From: Candidatus Fokinia solitaria
GTDB taxonomy: Bacteria; Pseudomonadota; Alphaproteobacteria; Rickettsiales; Midichloriaceae
Direction: 5' to 3'
DNA: 32,000 nucleotides
Assembly: GCF_003072485.1 (NCBI RefSeq)
Contig: NZ_CP025989.1
Coordinates: 270,001 to 302,000 of the forward strand
Made by a program: the position numbers and the translations under genes. Shown piece after piece: positions 12,046 to 20,636 of the stretch. Positions within the stretch are counted from its first letter, which is position 1, and each line of letters begins with the position of its first letter. Under the pieces are notes generated by a model. The model was not told where the DNA came from. It did not search any database and saw nothing but the letters and a program-made list of their open reading frames with translations.

Positions 12046-13539
12046 ATGAGATCGTTACCATCTTTACCAGCAACAATACATATAATTGGAATTGCAGGCA
12101 TCGGTATGAGTGCGATAGCACAATTGTGCGTACGGCTTGGTTACGATGTACAGGGATCTGATTTAGACATATCGAAGTTTCCTACCGGTAAAATACAGCA
12201 TGTTAGTATGTGTAACGGTCACGAAGAGGCAAATTTGTATCGTTGGAAAAAAGTACCTACATGTGTGATAGTATCGAGCATTATAAAAGATGATAATCCA
12301 GAATTGCTTGAAGCGATCAGAAATAATATACCAGTGATCAAAAGAGCAGAAGCGCTTTCATGGCTTTTGCGTGATACATTCAATATTGCAATTAGTGGTA
12401 CAAGTGGTAAAACTACCACTACTTCCATAACTGGAGAATTGTTTTTGAAGCACAATATACCTTGTACTGTCATAAGCGGTGGAATAATGAAAGCTTATGG
12501 TACTAATTGCATTATTGGTGAATATCCATCAGTACGGTATCCAGTAGTTGTAGAAGCTGACGAATCGGATGGTACATTTACCGCAATCTCAAGAAATATA
12601 GCGATGTGCACTACGATTGTACCGGAGCATATGGAATTTTTTAAAAGCATAGAGGCGTTTGAGAAAGCTTATTGCGATTTTCTAAATAATGGAAAAGATG
12701 ATATATGTGCAGTGGTATGCGGGGATATTGATGAAAATACATGTAGTAATCGTGTCATTAACAACAGCAAGAATATTATATTATATGGCTTAGACGAAAG
12801 TAGAAACCATGTCTATGCGAGTAACTTAGTAGTAGGAGAGTATACCGTATTCGATATATATATAAAGAAAACGCTACATCATTCTTTGAAATCAGATATA
12901 GAAATAAAAGGCGTAAAACTCTCGCTATTAGGTAAGCATAATGTGAAGAATTTTTTATGTGCTGTTTGTGGATTGATGATGTATCAAATTAAAACTGTTG
13001 GTTCAATCGATATCGCATATGATGTAATACGTGATTGTTTTCAAGATTTTCGAGGAGTTGAATCGCGGATGGATGCGCTTGGAAAGCTTTTCGATCGCTA
13101 TGATAATGAGATCTACGTTTTTAGCGATTATGCGCATCACTATAAAGAAATAGAGTGTACGGCAAACAGTTTTATAGAGTACTGTCGTACATGCAGGCAA
13201 GATTGCAGTATAATTATTGTGATTGAGTTGCATAAATATTCGAGACTTACTGCTAATTTTGAACAATACCTTGATGTATTATCAGCTATGAAAGCAGATA
13301 AAGTGATATTAATGGAGATATATGAATGTTGGGAGAACGCGAAGGATTATCCAGTTACTTCCAGCAATGCACATGTAGCTAAAGTGGTAAATGAAAGAAG
13401 AGGAGAGGATTTTATAATAGTTCTGAAGAAAAACGAGTTGCTAAAAGACGTAATTCTAGAACAGGAGAAAGGTAAGAAGATGGTAATCTGCATGGGCGCA
13501 GGGAAGATGAGAAAGTGCGCAGAGGCGCTTATAAAGTAG
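12046..13539 (+). CDS. murC: UDP-N-acetylmuramate--L-alanine ligase
   Basis: It has the N-terminal IHIIGIAGIGMSAIAQ motif, the Mur ligase ATP-binding motif ISGTSGKTTTTS and a length of ~497 aa. Confidence 0.93.
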   Translation: MRSLPSLPATIHIIGIAGIGMSAIAQLCVRLGYDVQGSDLDISKFPTGKIQHVSMCNGHEEANLYRWKKVPTCVIVSSIIKDDNPELLEAIRNNIPVIKRAEALSWLLRDTFNIAISGTSGKTTTTSITGELFLKHNIPCTVISGGIMKAYGTNCIIGEYPSVRYPVVVEADESDGTFTAISRNIAMCTTIVPEHMEFFKSIEAFEKAYCDFLNNGKDDICAVVCGDIDENTCSNRVINNSKNIILYGLDESRNHVYASNLVVGEYTVFDIYIKKTLHHSLKSDIEIKGVKLSLLGKHNVKNFLCAVCGLMMYQIKTVGSIDIAYDVIRDCFQDFRGVESRMDALGKLFDRYDNEIYVFSDYAHHYKEIECTANSFIEYCRTCRQDCSIIIVIELHKYSRLTANFEQYLDVLSAMKADKVILMEIYECWENAKDYPVTSSNAHVAKVVNERRGEDFIIVLKKNELLKDVILEQEKGKKMVICMGAGKMRKCAEALIK

Positions 13540-13557
13540 TCTGCTTTAGAAGAATTG

Positions 13558-14058
13558 CTACTTCTCTGATTTTCTTTGTAATACTCGTACGAAATTTCCG
13601 AGAGGTGCGGACAATACTCGTACAAATTTGGAGTGTGGCGCAAGCATTACGCTAAGTAATTTTGCTCTCATACCGTTGATATCAGGCAATTTCGAGAGTG
13701 CAAGAACTTCTTCAGCGGAGTATGTTGTAGTGCCTAAGCATCCACCTACGACAGAGAGTACATTTTCGTTACTAGCAAAATCCACCACGAATTTTACTGC
13801 ATCAATATTATTCTGATTTGCGAATATACCTATTGTAGTGCCAGAAAGAAAGTTTACGCATTCTGAGTATTTTCCATCTCCTAATGCTATCTTTGCTAAA
13901 CTGTTTTTGAGAAATATGCAATCTGCGGACACTTTAGTGAGAGATCTGCGAAAATCCTTCATTTTTGGTACGGAAATCCCTTTATTCTTGAGAATTATAA
14001 GCATAGAATTTTGTGCTAAAGCAGAGGAAAGAGTCTCAACTCTTTCTATCTTCTTCAT
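13558..14058 (-). CDS. rplJ: 50S ribosomal protein L10
   Basis: The L10 pattern runs throughout: KKIERVETLSSAL..., GISVPKMKDFRRSL, FLKNSLAKIAL, and the C-terminal L7/L12-binding helix region LSKLPDINGMRAKLLSVMLAPHSKFVRVLSAPLGNFVRVL. The ATG at 14058 is preferred, and a TTG at 14088 would add 10 residues. Confidence 0.85.
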   Translation of the reverse strand: MKKIERVETLSSALAQNSMLIILKNKGISVPKMKDFRRSLTKVSADCIFLKNSLAKIALGDGKYSECVNFLSGTTIGIFANQNNIDAVKFVVDFASNENVLSVVGGCLGTTTYSAEEVLALSKLPDINGMRAKLLSVMLAPHSKFVRVLSAPLGNFVRVLQRKSEK

Positions 14059-14320
14059 TCTTTTTACACTCTTCACGGCGTTCAGCAAACTATATTAACG
14101 TATAAAAACTCATTCCATAGCGATTAACCATGCGGAATGCTTACAATTACTTTATACGCTACATTCTTATAGCTTTGTATGTCAAGATGAAATTGACGTT
14201 ATTTTACGTCTCTTTCCTCAAATTATGCCGTATATTGCCGTAAATTTACAGTAGACTTTTTGTGATAAAGCTACTATTCTACCGAAGGTATCTGCCTTAA
14301 TAGAGTAATAAGATTCAGCA

Positions 14321-17185
14321 ATGAAAGGCAATGTAGAGAAAACAGAACATAGCAGCGTCAATGTATCCATAGATTTGGAGATGCGGGAAGCGTACTTGAA
14401 TTACGCAATGAGTGTGATAGTGAGTCGTTCTCTTCCAGATGCAAGGGATGGACTGAAACCTGTTCACAGAAGGATACTGTATTCTATGGGAGAGCAAAAT
14501 AACAATTGGAATCGCCCGTATAGAAAATCTGCAAGAATAGTAGGTGAGGTATTAGGTAAATATCATCCACATGGTGATACCGCGATATACGATGCTTACG
14601 TTAGAATGGCACAGCCTTTTTCTTTGTATAAGACTCTCATAGATGGTCAAGGTAATTTTGGCTCTATAGATGGAGATAGTCCAGCACAGATGAGATATAC
14701 CGAAGGAAGATTGCAAAAAATTTCCAACTTATATCTGCTAGCTGATATTGATAAAGATACTGTCGCTTTTAAGGATAACTACGATAATTCAGAAAGAGAG
14801 CCTACAGTGTTGCCTGCGCGTTTTCCTAATCTTCTTGTGAATGGCGCAAGTGGTATTGCAGTTGGTATGGCTACAAATATACCGCCGCATAACGTGGTAG
14901 AAGTGCTTAATGCGTGCCTTGCATATATAGAAAATCCGGATATTACGATACAAGAGGTAGTATCAAAGTATATACCTGCGCCAGATTTTCCTACAGGGTG
15001 TAAAATTATAGATTATGACAAATGCTATAATGCAATGCTTACCGGTAGAGGTAGTATTACGATAAGAGGAAAGACTCATATAGAAGAAAACAATAATAGA
15101 GCGTCGATAGTTATTACTGAGATTCCGTATCAAACTAATAAAGCGGAGTTTGTGAAATCCATGGAAGCGCTTGCGCGTGATAAAGTTATAGATGGTATCG
15201 CAGAGATCAGAGATGAATCAAATAAATTAGGTATAAGAGTAGTAGTAGAGTTGCGCAGAGAAGCTGCAGCAGAGGTAGTTCTTAATCATTTGTATAAGCA
15301 TACAGTGCTAGAGACTTACTTCGCAATTAATATGCTAGCTCTCTATAATGGCAGACCTACTGTTTTGAATGTTTTGGATGTTGTAAAAATATTCGTAGAA
15401 TTTAGGCAAGAAGTTATAACTAGAAGAAGTAGATTTCTCTTAAATAAAGCCTCCTCTCAAGCACATGTGATATTTGGATTATTAATGTGCATCGATAACA
15501 TATCTCGCGTAATAGAGATTATAAGAGGCTCTAGAGATGTAGCTATTGCAAGAGAAAGACTATTGACTGAAAAGTGGTCATTCAATTATCTAGGTGATTT
15601 AGCTGCACTTACAAAAGTGTTGAATATACAAAGCTATGAAGACGGAGTTTATACTTTGAGTCAGCAGCAGTGTAAAGCTATCTTAGATATGAGATTACAA
15701 AGATTGACAGGGCTAGAAAAACAAAAGGTAGCAGAAGAATTTGAAGCGCTGCTTAGTGAAATTAAATTTCACCTTGAGATACTGAATTCTCGTACTGTTC
15801 TGATGGAAGAAATAAAAAATGAAATACTCGTAGTGAGAGATGATTTAAACGATTCGAGAAAAACAGAAGTCACTCAAATGCGTAGCAATATGAGCGAGGA
15901 TGATTTTTTCTCTAAAGAAGATGTAGTGATACTGCTGACAAAAAGCGGATATATGAAGCGTACTTCACTTCAGCACTATAAAGATCAACGGAGAGGTGGA
16001 AAGGGAAAATCTGGAGTGAGTACATATGAAGATGATTCATTAGCAGAAATTTTAGTTACTACTACGCATCATAATTTGTTGTTTTTCTCTAATGCGGGGA
16101 ACGTATACATGTTAAAGGTGTATAAAGTACCAGCAACGACGCTTCAGAGTACAGGAAGAGCTATAGTCAATTTTATACCATTACGTACTGATGAGAAGAT
16201 CACTAATGTCATATCAGTAGATAGAGAAGTGTTCTTACATGGTACTCAAGAAATGTACGTATGTTTTTGCACATCACGTGGTAGTATAAAAAGAAATAGT
16301 TTATTGGACTTTAAAAATATTCCTAGTGGTGGCAAGATAGCGATTAAATTGGATAAAGATGATTATTTAATAGGTGTTTCGTTATGTACTGCAAATCAGT
16401 ACGTTATGTTATCTACAAAAATGGGGAAATCTGTTTGTTTTCCTGTAGCGAATTTACGCGTTTTTAAAGGAAGAGCGTCTGAAGGAGTAAAAGGAGTGAG
16501 ATTGGTGCGAAAGGATGATAGTGTCATTTCTATGTGTATGTTACCTGGAATAGATATTGATTACTCGATAAAGTCTTCATATCTAAAAATACCAAGTGAC
16601 GTTCGGCTTCGGATGTCAGAAGAATTCGAGAATGGAAAAGATATAACTGAGTTGGCAAAGAGTGCGCTTGAGAAATACTGGAGTTACTCTGAATGTAGTG
16701 ATGTGGAAGCTGTAAGCGAACTAGACGTAAGTGAACAAGAGAGTGTTGCAGAAGATATTAGTGAGTTGAATGATGATATCGAACATGTACTCGAAAAAAG
16801 CGTAATTGCTAGGATAGATGGCGATATTACTGTAGATAAATTAATAGAATTAGTGGTACATGAGAAGTTTTTGTTAAGTATATCGAGTAATGGATATGGC
16901 AAACGTACCTCATCATACGAATATAGAGTGACTGGAAGAAATGTTGGAGGAGTAGTAAATATGGATGTTGGTCGTGCTCATGTCATTGGAGTTTTACCGA
17001 TTAAAGATACTGATAGCGTTATTTTAGCTTGTAATTCTGGTAAAGTGATTAGAGTATCTGCTGATTCTGTGCGTGTTACTGGAAGAAATACGAAAGGAGT
17101 ACGCGTAGTATCTTTAGAGAAGAATGATCATGTAGTGTCGGCATGCAGTATATCAAGCTCTATCTTGGAAGAATCAGTAGATTGA
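14321..17185 (+). CDS. gyrA: DNA gyrase subunit A
   Basis: Motifs include [17 protein letters not shown], the QRDR-equivalent [13 protein letters not shown], the active-site Tyr context [10 protein letters not shown], and C-terminal beta-pinwheel repeats ([17 protein letters not shown]). The protein is 954 aa and has an acidic insertion in the C-terminal domain. Confidence 0.98.
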   Translation: MKGNVEKTEHSSVNVSIDLEMREAYLNYAMSVIVSRSLPDARDGLKPVHRRILYSMGEQNNNWNRPYRKSARIVGEVLGKYHPHGDTAIYDAYVRMAQPFSLYKTLIDGQGNFGSIDGDSPAQMRYTEGRLQKISNLYLLADIDKDTVAFKDNYDNSEREPTVLPARFPNLLVNGASGIAVGMATNIPPHNVVEVLNACLAYIENPDITIQEVVSKYIPAPDFPTGCKIIDYDKCYNAMLTGRGSITIRGKTHIEENNNRASIVITEIPYQTNKAEFVKSMEALARDKVIDGIAEIRDESNKLGIRVVVELRREAAAEVVLNHLYKHTVLETYFAINMLALYNGRPTVLNVLDVVKIFVEFRQEVITRRSRFLLNKASSQAHVIFGLLMCIDNISRVIEIIRGSRDVAIARERLLTEKWSFNYLGDLAALTKVLNIQSYEDGVYTLSQQQCKAILDMRLQRLTGLEKQKVAEEFEALLSEIKFHLEILNSRTVLMEEIKNEILVVRDDLNDSRKTEVTQMRSNMSEDDFFSKEDVVILLTKSGYMKRTSLQHYKDQRRGGKGKSGVSTYEDDSLAEILVTTTHHNLLFFSNAGNVYMLKVYKVPATTLQSTGRAIVNFIPLRTDEKITNVISVDREVFLHGTQEMYVCFCTSRGSIKRNSLLDFKNIPSGGKIAIKLDKDDYLIGVSLCTANQYVMLSTKMGKSVCFPVANLRVFKGRASEGVKGVRLVRKDDSVISMCMLPGIDIDYSIKSSYLKIPSDVRLRMSEEFENGKDITELAKSALEKYWSYSECSDVEAVSELDVSEQESVAEDISELNDDIEHVLEKSVIARIDGDITVDKLIELVVHEKFLLSISSNGYGKRTSSYEYRVTGRNVGGVVNMDVGRAHVIGVLPIKDTDSVILACNSGKVIRVSADSVRVTGRNTKGVRVVSLEKNDHVVSACSISSSILEESVD

Positions 17186-17236
17186 ATTAAAGGATTTTTG
17201 AAATAATCAGTTAGAGAAGTATTATGATAGCTTCGA

Positions 17237-17425
17237 TTGAAAGAAATGAAGCGACTTTATTGTAAGACAGTAAGTGAAAAGATAAGCGAATTGACAGTTT
17301 CAGAGATGATTGCTTCAAGAGTGTATAAGATTGAATATCAAAAGAAGTGTTTATGTGAAGATACAGCTGTAAAAGCAATTCTTCATACCTTAAGAAAGCG
17401 ACTTTATGATTTAAAAATTAAATGA
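17237..17425 (+). CDS. Hypothetical small basic protein (62 aa from TTG, 59 aa from the ATG at 17246)
   Basis: It is the only open frame of this size in the gyrA-rpmJ spacer. The sequence MKRLYCKTVSEKISELTVSEMIASRVYKIEYQKKCLCEDTAVKAILHTLRKRLYDLKIK has no signature I recognise. It may not be a real gene. Confidence 0.25.
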   Translation: MKEMKRLYCKTVSEKISELTVSEMIASRVYKIEYQKKCLCEDTAVKAILHTLRKRLYDLKIK

Positions 17426-17433
17426 TAGTAAAA

Positions 17434-17502
17434 GATGAAAGTATCGATTTTATCCGAAGCTAAGTTATCGATTGAAGCTGAGTTATAATTATATCTCGAA
17501 GC
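17434..17502. repeat. 69-nt direct repeat unit, copy a
   Basis: The sequence is gatgaaagtatcgattttatccgaagctaagttatcgattgaagctgagttataattatatctcgaagc. It aligns without gaps to copies b and c, with 59/69 identical to each by hand count. Confidence 0.9.
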
Positions 17503-17503
17503 T

Positions 17504-17529
17504 AAGATGTATGAAGAAAGGAGCGATGT
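17504..17529. repeat. 26-nt direct repeat C, copy 1 (partner at 17858-17883)
   Basis: aagatgtatgaagaaaggagCgatgt compared with aagatgtatgaagaaaggagTgatgt shows 1 mismatch. Confidence 0.9.
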
Positions 17530-17619
17530 GTAACACAAAGACACGCTAAAAGAAAGAAGATGATACGTAATGCAAAGACATACTAGGAGAAAAGGACGGT
17601 GATGTGTAATGCAAAGACA
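17525..17619. repeat. Imperfect tandem repeat of roughly 34-42 nt, about three units starting with gatgt/gatga
   Basis: The core gtaa[c/t][a/g]caaagaca occurs at 17529-17543, 17567-17580 and 17606-17619. The units start at 17525 (gatgtgtaacacaaagaca), 17559 (gatgatacgtaatgcaaagaca) and 17601 (gatgtgtaatgcaaagaca). Confidence 0.75.
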
Positions 17620-17663
17620 AATTAAGATGATGTGAAGAATGAATATTATGGATATATAGCGAC

Positions 17664-17684
17664 GATGTTGACGAATTCATTGTA
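17664..17684. repeat. 21-nt direct repeat D, copy 1 (partner at 17879-17899)
   Basis: gatgttgacgaattCattGta compared with gatgttgacgaattTattAta shows 2 mismatches. Confidence 0.85.
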
Positions 17685-17707
17685 AGACCTTATATATCGA
17701 GGCTGAT

Positions 17708-17776
17708 GATGAAGGTGTCGATTCTATGCGAGACTGAGTTATAAATTAAAGCTGAGTTATAATTATATCTCGAAGC
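17708..17776. repeat. 69-nt direct repeat unit, copy b (tandem with copy c through a 4-nt cgat linker)
   Basis: The sequence is gatgaaggtgtcgattctatgcgagactgagttataaattaaagctgagttataattatatctcgaagc. By hand count it is 59/69 identical to copy a and 54/69 to copy c. The preceding sequence tatatatcgaggct resembles the 3' end of a further degraded unit. Confidence 0.9.
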
Positions 17777-17780
17777 CGAT

Positions 17781-17849
17781 GGTGAAAGTATCGATTTTAC
17801 TCGAAGCTAAGTTATAAATCGTAGTGGAATTATAATTATATCTCGAAGC
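17781..17849. repeat. 69-nt direct repeat unit, copy c
   Basis: The sequence is ggtgaaagtatcgattttactcgaagctaagttataaatcgtagtggaattataattatatctcgaagc, 59/69 identical to copy a. Confidence 0.9.
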
Positions 17850-17857
17850 CGATGGCG

Positions 17858-17883
17858 AAGATGTATGAAGAAAGGAGTGATGT
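17858..17883. repeat. 26-nt direct repeat C, copy 2
   Basis: See copy 1 at 17504-17529. Here C runs directly into D, sharing the 5 nt gatgt. Confidence 0.9.
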
Positions 17884-17899
17884 TGACGAATTTATTATA
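17879..17899. repeat. 21-nt direct repeat D, copy 2
   Basis: See copy 1 at 17664-17684. Confidence 0.85.
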
Positions 17900-18108
17900 T
17901 AGCAAATAGAGATAAGAACTCATTATCACTCTAAAAGAGCCATAACTTTGAGAAAAAAGAAGATCGGAAGCGGAAAGAAATCCAGAGCAAGCCGACATAG
18001 AAGAAGCTAAGTATGATCGAGAACTCCACTAAAACGAACTGAGAACTTCTAGAGTATGATATGCTTTACGATGTTTAGATGCTTCGCGGGAAAATCATCT
18101 ATAGAGAA

Positions 18109-18234
18109 CTAAGCCTGCTTCGCTTTAAAACGAGGATTCTTCTTATTAATTACGTAAATCACGCCACGACGCTTCACGATTCTACAATCTTTATCGCGTT
18201 TCTTAGCACTTTTCAAAGATGAGAAGATTTTCAT
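18109..18234 (-). CDS. rpmJ: 50S ribosomal protein L36
   Basis: It is absent from the ORF track because it is under 60 aa. The minus-strand translation from the ATG at 18234 is [41 protein letters not shown] then TAG. This matches the alphaproteobacterial-type L36 pattern (MKI..SLKS.K.R....V.RR.G..YVINK.NPRFKA.Q). Confidence 0.9.
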   Translation of the reverse strand: MKIFSSLKSAKKRDKDCRIVKRRGVIYVINKKNPRFKAKQA

Positions 18235-18247
18235 ATCGCAAGAACAT

Positions 18248-18324
<77 letters not shown>

Positions 18325-18386
18325 CCTTTCAAATGTAATTCCACAAAATTACAACACGTATACTGTATATTGAATCATGCACTATG

Positions 18387-19094
18387 TCAATTAATTTCAT
18401 TTACCGTAGAGTACTCATTTGTATTTGCTTTAAAAAGAAACTTATTCGTAAGAGAAGTTGCGCCGTATAGCATTGGTACACTTAGCGCAACGAAAAACAG
18501 TTTAAAAGAATACGTACTAAGTATAAGAGGTAACAAATGTTCTTTTGGAAATATTTTCAGAAGTGACATTACCGACAGCATTATAGCAGTATCTATAAAG
18601 AGTGAAAACGCTGTACTACAGCTACTGCGTAGCCATAATAATTTCCCGTTTGTCAGTTTCTTAAAGTAAAGAAATATTCTCACATCGAGCATTTGAGAAG
18701 TATAGCACGCTATAAGAGATGCTATGAATACGGTATTATAGCATCCAAAGACCGTACTAAACGTCTCCGTACTCATTTTCGACCAAGAAGCTGCTGGCAT
18801 TTGCATGAAGAGTAGCATAATGCATGCGACTCCTCCTCCTATTATGATGCCGAGGCGTAAGCAGAACCTTGCGGCATCTCTGCCATAGAATTCACTGATT
18901 ATGTCACTAAGTAGAAAGGTGAAGGGATAAAGAATAGAGCCAGTTGGAATGGAGAAGGAAAGCAGCCCGAAGAGCATAAAGGTTACCTGCTTCTGATAGA
19001 GGAGGTTACTCAGAACGATTAGAACTGAGAACACCGCACACAATACAGTATATAACTTGTGTGATTGATATTTTTTCATTGCTTTGTGCTTCAT
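18387..19094 (-). CDS. yhhQ: YhhQ/VUT-family (DUF165) membrane transporter, queuosine-precursor transporter-like
   Basis: It is a polytopic membrane protein with the family motif ILYPFTFLLSDIISEFYG. The start is uncertain, with a TTG at 19121 and ATGs at 19094 and 19079. Confidence 0.8.
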   Translation of the reverse strand: MKHKAMKKYQSHKLYTVLCAVFSVLIVLSNLLYQKQVTFMLFGLLSFSIPTGSILYPFTFLLSDIISEFYGRDAARFCLRLGIIIGGGVACIMLLFMQMPAASWSKMSTETFSTVFGCYNTVFIASLIACYTSQMLDVRIFLYFKKLTNGKLLWLRSSCSTAFSLFIDTAIMLSVMSLLKIFPKEHLLPLILSTYSFKLFFVALSVPMLYGATSLTNKFLFKANTNEYSTVNEIN

Positions 19095-19127
19095 AGTAAG
19101 AAAGCATTGCACAGTTGTCAAGACAAT

Positions 19128-20636
19128 TTACGAGAATATTTTCTCTAATTTCGGATTAATACCTAGAGATACTGATATTATCACGATAGCAAGTAAAATA
19201 TAAAATTCTGCTTTAGAAGAATCTCGAAGTTCAGAACTTATTTTTACTTGCGACAATCCAAGAGAAAAAAATATCCTTGAATACATCATCAGCATATAAA
19301 TTGCTGAAAGAACTATATTTATCGATAGTAGAAAGCCGAATACTTTATCGAAATGATATACTCCGAATATTGTTGTAAATTCTCCTATAAATCCGGATGT
19401 AAGAGGTACTCCTATTGCACTTAACGTGAACACTGCAAAGGTACTTGCGAGCATTGGCATACGTTTTCCGAGTGTTTCCGGTATAAGATAAAGATTATAT
19501 GTATGAACGCGTGTATGGAGAATACCAAGTCCAGCAAATAAGCCGCATGATACTACGCCATGACTAAGCATCTGAAAAATAGCACCTTTAAATCCATAGC
19601 TATTCAAGGAGAAGAGTCCAGCTATGACGAAACTCATGTGAGTAATTGAGGAGTATGCTACTATCTTTTTTGCTTCGAATTGCACTAACGTGATCAAAGA
19701 CGCGTATATACCGCCAGCTATAACAATACTTACTAATATGGATTGCCATTCTTTGATAAAAGTTGGAAAGAAAGGAAGAAAGATCTTAATAAATCCAAAA
19801 CAGCCTATTTTCAATAAAAGAGCTGCAAGTATCATAGAGCATGATGTTGGCGCTTCTACGTGAGCTTTTGGTAACCATGTATGAAAAGGAGGAATAGGAG
19901 TTTTGACTGCAAATGGTATGAAAAATGAGAGTGCGAGGTAATTGATATTTTGCGAAGGTATGGTTACTGATATCAAATTTGCAAGAGTATTAATATCTAA
20001 AGTACTATAAGATATCATGATATATGTGATACCCCATAGCATTATGACAGATGAAGCAATGGTGTACATCAAAAATTTAAAAGTCGCGTATACACGTCCT
20101 TCATCTCCCCATTTTCCTATGATGATGAAAGTTGGCACTAATACAAGTTCAAACATAGTGTAGAATACTAGCAGATCTTGAGTTGTGAATAAGTTTATCA
20201 GCATTCCCTGTATTATTAAGAATAATGAAGATTGCTGAATAGCGGCTGCTTCATCGCGATTTCCACTAAAGAAAGTGAATAGTATTGTGATGGACGATAT
20301 TGATGTCGTAAGTAATACAAATACTGCAGATATATAATCTAATCTGACTGAATGATTTACAGCGATACTGCCGTTTGTACTAAAAAGATGCAGTCTGCAT
20401 AAAGTGTGTAATTCTGAAAATAAAAATTTTCCATCCTGAGCATTATAGATACACACAAACATTACTATCGAAGAAAGAAATGTAATGAATGAGCAAGAGA
20501 TAATTTGATATTTCAGAATATGATAAACTTTTTTTTCTTTCGTGATACTAATGACAAGAAATGAAAATACTGCACATAATATTGAAAGTAGTATCGAGAA
20601 GGATATCAGAGGAAACGATGTTATTGAAAGATGCAT
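19128..20636 (-). CDS. nuoM: NADH-quinone oxidoreductase subunit M
   Basis: FELVLVPTFIIIGKWG and FHTWLPKAHVEAPT are NuoM/ND4 signatures. The protein is 502 aa and highly hydrophobic. Confidence 0.93.
   Translation of the reverse strand: MHLSITSFPLISFSILLSILCAVFSFLVISITKEKKVYHILKYQIISCSFITFLSSIVMFVCIYNAQDGKFLFSELHTLCRLHLFSTNGSIAVNHSVRLDYISAVFVLLTTSISSITILFTFFSGNRDEAAAIQQSSLFLIIQGMLINLFTTQDLLVFYTMFELVLVPTFIIIGKWGDEGRVYATFKFLMYTIASSVIMLWGITYIMISYSTLDINTLANLISVTIPSQNINYLALSFFIPFAVKTPIPPFHTWLPKAHVEAPTSCSMILAALLLKIGCFGFIKIFLPFFPTFIKEWQSILVSIVIAGGIYASLITLVQFEAKKIVAYSSITHMSFVIAGLFSLNSYGFKGAIFQMLSHGVVSCGLFAGLGILHTRVHTYNLYLIPETLGKRMPMLASTFAVFTLSAIGVPLTSGFIGEFTTIFGVYHFDKVFGFLLSINIVLSAIYMLMMYSRIFFSLGLSQVKISSELRDSSKAEFYILLAIVIISVSLGINPKLEKIFS

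Noticed and set aside
13347-13643. 98-aa minus-strand ORF spanning the murC/rplJ junction
   Set aside because: It overlaps the 3' ends of both well-supported genes, out of frame with rplJ and antisense to murC. It has no recognisable motif.
14130-14243. 37-codon ORF (MRNAYNYFIRYILIALYVKMKLTLFYVSFLKLCRILP) in the rplJ-gyrA divergent spacer
   Set aside because: It has no ribosome-binding site and a composition typical of translated AT-rich non-coding DNA. It lies where the two divergent promoters must be.
16520-16830. Acidic ~100-aa insertion in the GyrA C-terminal domain (SEEFENGKD...[25 protein letters not shown]...), and the long acidic-patch insertion in GyrB (about 27180-27760)
   Set aside because: GyrB of proteobacteria normally carries a large insertion at this position. 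From memory, alphaproteobacterial GyrA proteins of 900+ aa have an insertion before the ...[12 protein letters not shown] blade. These look lineage-typical rather than novel, although the exact sequences are divergent.
17434-17899. Possible CRISPR array, because of multiple direct repeats in non-coding DNA
   Set aside because: Repeat units are 69, 26 and 21 nt with irregular spacing. Two 69-nt units are directly tandem, with no spacers of uniform length. Unit divergence (about 15-20 percent) is too high for CRISPR repeats, and no cas genes are nearby.
17807-17998. 63-aa minus-strand ORF inside the repeat region
   Set aside because: It runs across repeat units c, C and D, which are not in a conserved frame in the other copies. 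It is most likely a chance ORF.
17186-18108. Hidden tmRNA, RNase P RNA or SRP RNA in the long spacer
   Set aside because: I found no GAGGAAAGTCC-type P4 motif. There is no tRNA-like 3' end (GGTTCGA..CCA) other than the fMet tRNA outside this interval. No tag-peptide frame ends in ..LAA-stop, and there is no SRP domain IV motif. I cannot exclude a less conserved sRNA.
18019-18110. The heptamer gagaact recurs at 18019, 18041 and 18104, with a related aagaact at 17915
   Set aside because: The motif is short and occurs in AT-rich DNA, with irregular spacing (22 and 63 nt) and no dyad symmetry. One copy overlaps the rpmJ stop codon. This is not enough to call a binding-site array.
18370-18669. 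99-aa plus-strand ORF
   Set aside because: It is antisense to the yhhQ-like transporter gene, and its 5' end lies in the tRNA-yhhQ spacer. It has no motif or ribosome-binding site.
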